In this document: positions 5,771 through 9,218 of the stretch, piece by piece | Layout of the letters: the number at the start of each line of letters is the position of its first letter | Position numbering within the stretch: position 1 is the first letter of the stretch | From: a virus | Lineage: Duplodnaviria > Heunggongvirae > Uroviricota > Caudoviricetes | Virus record (IMG/VR): IMGVR_UViG_2534681649_000003 | Length of the DNA: 9,218 bases | Strand: one strand, 5' to 3' | The notes under the pieces: model-generated | What the model was told of the DNA's origin: nothing | What the model saw: the letters and a program-made list of their open reading frames with translations, nothing else | Database searches by the model: none | Position numbers and translations under genes: made by a program

Positions 5771-6841
5771 TTACTCCCTGAAGCCCGGCGGAATTTCGTT
5801 ATCCGGTTCAGAAATATGATTCACACAACGCTGGTTGTTCGTGCCGCTTACCGGGAGCAACCAGGGGTTCTCAAAATTCCGGTCCGGTCCAAAAAACGTC
5901 GTCGCTCGCTGAACAAATTCCGTTCCCGTTTTCCCGGTAGCCGCCAGGTATCTTGCGTAACGCCTCACGCCATCCAGCATGGCCTCTGGTGGCACCCCCT
6001 CGCGTAATCTGGCCTTCCAGGCACTGAAAGCGGATTTCTTCGGGTTTGCCCCGGCACGCAACGGGTACTCCCGCCAGACCTGTTCGAACACATCCGGATA
6101 ATCCACTCGTCCCACAGACTGCCCGGTGTTTTCCGGGACTACCCGATCGGCTTCCCGCTGAATGGCGGAATCGGCTTCAGGCTGCTGCAGTTGGTGTGAT
6201 TGCTCCGGACTTGCGGTCATCGCCTGCTGCACAGCGCCCGAATCGGCTTTCAGCGCATACGCTGAATCGGCTTCCGGTGTCGTGCCTGCTGGCTGACCAG
6301 GATTGACGGTCTGAACATCCCCTGCCTGGTTCGTGGCGTTTTTTACGCCATGGACCATAGTGTTTTGATCTTCTTGATCTGTATCTTTATCTGTATCTTT
6401 ATCTGTCGTGACTCGTCGTGACATGTGCGTGACATATCGTGACGCGCCGTGACAATCGCCATTTTGTTCCCGCTTTCTTTCCCTCTCTCGCTGCGCCCTC
6501 TTGCGCTCTGCAGGAGATTTTGCGGTTTGCGAAATATTGCCGTTGTCCTCTTTCAGCACCTGGCGTTTTTCCCATCCAGTGATTAAATCACCATCAAGTA
6601 CCCGCCCCTGCATCGTCTGCAAAATTGAATCAATTACCTCTTCTGTCACGTCGAGCGCACTTGCCAAATCTTCTGTCGTGACATCAATGTGACCTCGCGT
6701 GACATTTCGTGACGCGCTCACCAGGAGGTGGATATACACTGCCATCACTGTTGCAATTGGCTGCCCTGACACCCTGGCAATTGTTCGCCACTTAGGGTCA
6801 TTTGGCATGTCATGCCATAATCTGAGCCAGGCGTTAGCCAT
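5771..6841 (-). CDS. Putative phage replication initiation protein (lambda O-like position), 356 aa
   Basis: Long ORF directly downstream of the cro-like and YdaT-like genes; preferred start ATG 6839-6841 (MANAWLRLWHDMPNDPKW...) with SD AGAGGTGA. The coding sequence contains phased DNA repeat arrays (see repeat features), as ori-lambda does inside gene O. Functional call is by synteny and repeats, not recognised homology. Confidence 0.75.
   Translation of the reverse strand: MANAWLRLWHDMPNDPKWRTIARVSGQPIATVMAVYIHLLVSASRNVTRGHIDVTTEDLASALDVTEEVIDSILQTMQGRVLDGDLITGWEKRQVLKEDNGNISQTAKSPAERKRAQRERERKREQNGDCHGASRYVTHMSRRVTTDKDTDKDTDQEDQNTMVHGVKNATNQAGDVQTVNPGQPAGTTPEADSAYALKADSGAVQQAMTASPEQSHQLQQPEADSAIQREADRVVPENTGQSVGRVDYPDVFEQVWREYPLRAGANPKKSAFSAWKARLREGVPPEAMLDGVRRYARYLAATGKTGTEFVQRATTFFGPDRNFENPWLLPVSGTNNQRCVNHISEPDNEIPPGFRE
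6146..6273. repeat. Four copies of ATCGGCTT (GAATCGGCTT context) spaced 24/72/24 bp inside the replication gene
   Basis: Copies at 6146, 6170, 6242, 6266; spacing in multiples of 3 and 24, encoding repeated (P)EADS(A) peptide units on the minus strand. Confidence 0.7.
6377..6453. repeat. Candidate origin-type repeat block: tandem 12-bp ATCTGTATCTTT (x2 plus partial) followed by five CGTGAC repeats at 10-11 bp phasing
   Basis: ATCTGTATCTTT at 6377-6388 and 6389-6400; CGTGAC at 6407, 6417, 6428, 6438, 6448 (spacing 10, 11, 10, 10). Two GATC sites lie just upstream (6367-6370, 6376-6379). The repeat is read in all three codon phases (CHG, ASR, YVT, MSR, VT), so it is constrained at the DNA level. 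Confidence 0.6.
6645..6713. repeat. Second phased GTGAC array (four direct copies at 10-11 bp spacing plus one inverted copy)
   Basis: GTGAC at 6678, 6689, 6699, 6709 (spacing 11, 10, 10), each in a TCGTGAC-like context; inverted GTCACG at 6645-6650; TTCTGTC precedes two copies. Confidence 0.6.
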
Positions 6842-6912
6842 ACTCACCTCTTTTGATACCGAATCTTTTTACTCACAAATTGCCGGAAGTGATCCGGTAT
6901 GAATATTGCGAG

Positions 6913-7338
6913 TCAATGCACAGCCACAATATTTCCTGCAGGGCCACCACGATTCATCTGGTTGAAACCAGCGATCGCCACTGCGACAAAATCATCAGCG
7001 TCTCTCACCAGTCGTTCCCGCGTCTCCACTAGTTCCCGAAAATAGGCTGAGCTATGGCTGCGCATTCGGGCCACCAGCAGAGGTGGCATTGCTTTTTCGA
7101 TAGCTGGTAACAACGCCTGAATTTTTTTAAGCGCATCAGGGGTGTCTTTCTCCACCCAGCGGAAAATTTTCTGAGTATTGCGAGCCAGGGCTTCCGGATG
7201 GCTGTCGTCATACAGTTCCGGGAACGTCATTCCCAGCTCGAAATACGCTTTGGTAATTTTCGCAGCCGGTACTTTTTCGCCGTCCGGATGCGCCCAGGCA
7301 TTCATCGCCATGCGGATGTGTTCATGCTTGATTTTCAT
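6913..7338 (-). CDS. YdaT-like (CII-position) prophage regulatory protein, 141 aa
   Basis: Begins MKIKHEHI..., which I recall as the N-terminus of Rac prophage YdaT; sits immediately after the cro-like gene with ATGA start/stop overlap (7335-7338), the position of cII/ydaT in lambdoid early-right operons. Confidence 0.7.
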   Translation of the reverse strand: MKIKHEHIRMAMNAWAHPDGEKVPAAKITKAYFELGMTFPELYDDSHPEALARNTQKIFRWVEKDTPDALKKIQALLPAIEKAMPPLLVARMRSHSSAYFRELVETRERLVRDADDFVAVAIAGFNQMNRGGPAGNIVAVH

Positions 7339-7589
7339 GAATCAACTCCCATCAGCTTTTTCGTAGTAGTTTTATTCCTGCCAATAGTTAAAATTGCATC
7401 GGCAGAAAATAATCCGTTTGATGCAAGAGCGATTTTTTCAGCGTAATTTGTTTCGCCGGTATATTCTGTGCGAGGCAATTTTCCGTTATCCATCCATTTA
7501 TAGATTGCTCTTTGGCTGACACCACAAACGTCGGCCACAACAGCAACGCGAACAGTTTTGATTACATCTTCAAGTGTTTTCTGGTTCAT
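7335..7589 (-). CDS. Cro/YdaS-like small HTH regulator (84 aa)
   Basis: Preferred start ATG 7587-7589 (MNQKTLEDVIKTV...) with SD GAGG 5 nt upstream; HTH-like segment ...VADVCGVSQRAIYKWMDNGKLP...; divergent from the repressor gene. The ORF-track start at 7661 has no SD and overlaps the operator region. Confidence 0.75.
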   Translation of the reverse strand: MNQKTLEDVIKTVRVAVVADVCGVSQRAIYKWMDNGKLPRTEYTGETNYAEKIALASNGLFSADAILTIGRNKTTTKKLMGVDS

Positions 7590-7668
7590 ATCACCCTCAC
7601 AATGTGAACTTTGAGTACATGCTATAACAGAACTGACAGTACATTCAAGAGCGAATATCATTGAACTT
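7590..7668. promoter_or_regulatory. Divergent promoter/operator region (OR-like) between cro-like and repressor genes
   Basis: Plus strand: -35 CTGACA (7633-7638), 17-nt spacer, -10 TATCAT (7656-7661), predicted start at or next to the ATG at 7669 (leaderless repressor mRNA, as for lambda PRM). Minus strand: -35 TTGAAT (plus 7643-7648), 16-nt spacer, -10 TATAGC (plus 7621-7626) for the cro-like gene. Two direct AGTACAT copies (7614-7620, 7638-7644) overlap these elements. Confidence 0.55.
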
Positions 7669-8088
7669 ATGGTTCATGAAGATAAAGCGCGTAAAGAGTT
7701 CGCCAGTAGGCTTGCGCTAGCCTGTGAAAACGCTGGTTATGAACAACATGGAAGGCAGGCAGAAATTGCCCGTCGAATGAAATTAACACCAAAAGCGGTT
7801 AGCAAATGGTTTAATGGCGAAACAATTCCTCGCCGGGAGAAATTAAGGGAATTAGCAACACTAATAGGAACAACACCAACCTATCTTTTGGGAGAGGATA
7901 CAGAAGAAAGTGGACAGGTACGTTTCTATCAGGAGTTAAATCCAAGACAAAAAATCATCATTGACCTTCTGGACGAGCTCCCTGACAGTGAGACAGATGA
8001 ACTTTTAAAAACTCTTGAAGAGAAAAAACAGAAGTACAATGCAATTTACGAAGAGTTAGCACGAAAGAAAAAACAAAAAGCCTCTTAA
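7669..8088 (+). CDS. CI/DicA-like prophage repressor (XRE-family HTH, no S24 peptidase domain), 139 aa
   Basis: HTH_3-type motif ...RQAEIARRMKLTPKAVSKWFNGETIPRREKLRELATLIGTTPTYLLGE...; acidic/basic C-terminal tail but no LexA-like Ala-Gly/Ser-Lys cleavage module; divergent from the cro-like gene; no SD before the ATG. Confidence 0.85.
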   Translation: MVHEDKARKEFASRLALACENAGYEQHGRQAEIARRMKLTPKAVSKWFNGETIPRREKLRELATLIGTTPTYLLGEDTEESGQVRFYQELNPRQKIIIDLLDELPDSETDELLKTLEEKKQKYNAIYEELARKKKQKAS

Positions 8089-8162
8089 ACCAGCATAAAT
8101 CCGGTAGCGCCTTCCTCCGGGTTTGTGCTTCACTTTATCCCATCTCATTTTTTTACACACAA

Positions 8163-8207
8163 AATGTACCATAAGCACTTTACAACAATGAACGCAAAGT
8201 ACATTAT
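8163..8207 (+). promoter_or_regulatory. Predicted OL/PL-like operator-promoter downstream of the repressor gene
   Basis: AGTACATT (8198-8205) is the same 8-mer as in the OR-like region (7638-7645), with an inverted 7/8 copy at 8163-8170; plus-strand -35 TTTACA (8179-8184), 17-nt spacer, -10 CATTAT (8202-8207) overlapping the operator copy. Confidence 0.4.
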
Positions 8208-8385
8208 ATACCTGCCACCCACCCCGCCCCACAGAATGCAGGGCAATACTTCGAGTTACCAGGCAGTGGTCAGGGGTTAAGTAGCCAGCCCGAGGCGTAA
8301 GAACATGACGGCAGGGTTCAACTTTAATAACTATGCAGCAGGTTTTTGTTCCGCTACCCCGGCGTTAAGGGGAAATGAGGTCAGC

Positions 8386-8406
8386 ATGGATACTATCGAT
8401 CTTGGG
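8386..8406 (+). pseudogene. 5' stub of a gene (MDTIDLG) severed by the IS1 insertion
   Basis: ATG at 8386 preceded by GAGG at 6-nt spacing; reading frame runs 7 codons and meets a stop (TAA, 8407-8409) contributed by the IS1 terminal repeat that begins at 8405. Confidence 0.35.
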
Positions 8407-8845
8407 TAATGACTCCAACTTACTGATAGTGTTTTATGTTCAGATAATGCCCGATGACCTTGTCATGCAGCTCCACCGATTTTGAGAACGACAGTGACTT
8501 CCGTCCCAGCCTTGCCAGATGTTGTCTCAGATTCAGATTATGTCGCTCAATGCGCTGAGTGTAACGCTTGCTGATAACGTGCAGCTTTCCCTTCAGGCGT
8601 GATTCATACAGCGGCCAGCCATCCGTCATCCATACCACGACCTCAAAGGCCGACAGCAGGCTCAGAAGACGCTCCAGTGTGGCCAGAGTGCGTTCACCGA
8701 AGACGTGCGCCACAACCGTCCTCCGTATCCTGTCATACGCGTAAAACAGCCAGCGCTGACGTGATTTAGCACCGACGTAGCCCCACTGTTCGTCCATTTC
8801 AGCGCAGACAATCACATCACTGCCCGGTTGTATGCGCGAGGTTAC
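8405..8845 (-). mobile_element. IS1 remnant, inverted relative to the first copy, truncated at IS1 position ~328 by IS2
   Basis: Begins with the IS1 insB-proximal terminal repeat GGTAATGACTCCAACTTACTGAT at 8405; spot-checked segments are identical to the first copy, with one mismatch found (copy 1 position 4058 T vs C here at 8830); IS1 homology stops at 8845, where an IS2 terminus begins. Confidence 0.9.
8420..8815 (-). CDS. insB: IS1 insB frame in truncated copy (no insA, so no functional InsAB' transposase)
   Basis: Protein identical to InsB of the first copy over its length; the ORF-track product extends upstream as an artefactual read-through into the IS2 end. Confidence 0.8.
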   Translation of the reverse strand: MIVCAEMDEQWGYVGAKSRQRWLFYAYDRIRRTVVAHVFGERTLATLERLLSLLSAFEVVVWMTDGWPLYESRLKGKLHVISKRYTQRIERHNLNLRQHLARLGRKSLSFSKSVELHDKVIGHYLNIKHYQ

Positions 8846-9218
8846 TGGATTTGCCCCTATATTTCCAGACATCTGTTATCACTTAACCCATTACAAGCCC
8901 GCTGCCGCAGATATTCCCGTGGCGAGCGATAACCCAGCGCACTATGCGGATGCCATTCGTTATAATGCTCGAACGCCTCTGCAAGGTTCTTTGCTGCCGT
9001 TAACCCGTCTGGTTTGGGCATGATACTGATGTAGTCACGCTTTATCGTTTTCACGAAGCTCTCTGCTATTCCGTTACTCTCCGGACTCCGCACCGCCGTG
9101 TTCTTCGGTTCAAGTCCCAACATCCGGGCGAACTGGCGTGTTTCATTAGCCCGGTAGCATGAACCATTATCCGTCAGCCACTCCACTGGAGACGACGGAA
9201 GATCGTTGCCGAAGCGGC
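8846..9218 (-). mobile_element. IS2 right end (partial; continues beyond window)
   Basis: Starts with TGGATTTGCCCCTATATTTCCAGACATCTGTTATCACTTAACC, the reverse complement of the IS2 right terminal repeat as I recall it, followed by the C-terminal coding region of the IS2 transposase. Confidence 0.85.
8857..9218 (-). CDS. insD: IS2 transposase OrfB (InsD) C-terminal portion; N-terminus outside window
   Basis: Translation ...[119 protein letters not shown] matches the IS2 InsD C-terminus; frame is open to the window edge. Confidence 0.85.

Noticed and set aside
6340-6720. CRISPR array as an explanation for the GTGAC repeats
   Set aside because: Repeat unit is only 6-7 bp with 10-11 bp periodicity, lies inside a long ORF, and there are no 28-37 bp repeats with unique spacers or cas genes.
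5558-6902. Plus-strand ORFs 5558..5767, 5816..6007, 6046..6306, 6501..6692, 6699..6902
   Set aside because: Antisense to the long minus-strand genes; no RBS or motifs; typical shadow ORFs in GC-rich coding DNA.
7029-7446. ORFs 7029..7211 (-), 7178..7366 (+), 7198..7446 (+)
   Set aside because: Overlap the YdaT-like and cro-like genes in alternative frames or strands; no independent support.
7590-7661. Longer cro-like ORF starting at 7661 (108 aa)
   Set aside because: Its N-terminal 24 codons would cover the divergent promoter/operator region and lack an SD; the internal ATG at 7589 has a good SD.
8102-8126. Rho-independent terminator right after the repressor stop codon
   Set aside because: Only a 4-bp CCGG/CCGG palindrome with a 12-nt loop followed by GGGTTTG; too weak to call.
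8089-8404. tRNA, attachment site or retron-like ncRNA in the ORF-free region downstream of the repressor
   Set aside because: No cloverleaf-compatible sequence or conserved tRNA boxes seen; no reverse transcriptase or integrase gene nearby; the region is better explained as an OL/PL-like control region plus 5' UTR, though an sRNA cannot be excluded.
8832-9023. Plus-strand ORF 8832..9023 and the read-through N-terminus ([15 protein letters not shown]...) of the IS1 insB track ORF
   Set aside because: The first is antisense to the IS2 transposase; the second is an artefact of the IS2/IS1 junction creating an open frame upstream of insB.

Overview
This window reads as the early (immunity/replication) region of a lambdoid cryptic prophage of the E. 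coli/Shigella type, heavily colonised by insertion sequences. All calls rest on reading the sequence and recalled protein families; no database search was run. Left to right: a full-length IS600-like element (1-1264) whose end truncates a minus-strand HNH-like prophage gene; a small ORF; a Hok/Gef type I toxin gene with a clear terminator and predicted promoter; an AT-rich island with a possible small membrane ORF; a 140-aa hypothetical gene with an intact IS1 (3716-4483, 9-bp target duplication) inserted just upstream of its ribosome-binding site; a minus-strand operon of three GTG-start accessory genes; a putative replication initiator whose coding sequence carries helically phased GTGAC repeat arrays; a YdaT/CII-like gene; a Cro-like gene; and a divergent CI/DicA-like repressor. 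To the right lie a predicted OL/PL-like operator-promoter, a 7-codon gene stub cut by a second, inverted IS1 that is itself interrupted at 8845/8846 by the end of an IS2 copy running off the window. The most interesting signals are the candidate embedded origin (iterons), the AGTACATT operator motif shared by two regions, an exact 16-nt junction repeat before consecutive genes, and the IS-driven remodelling of the operons. I found no CRISPR array, tRNA or rRNA.
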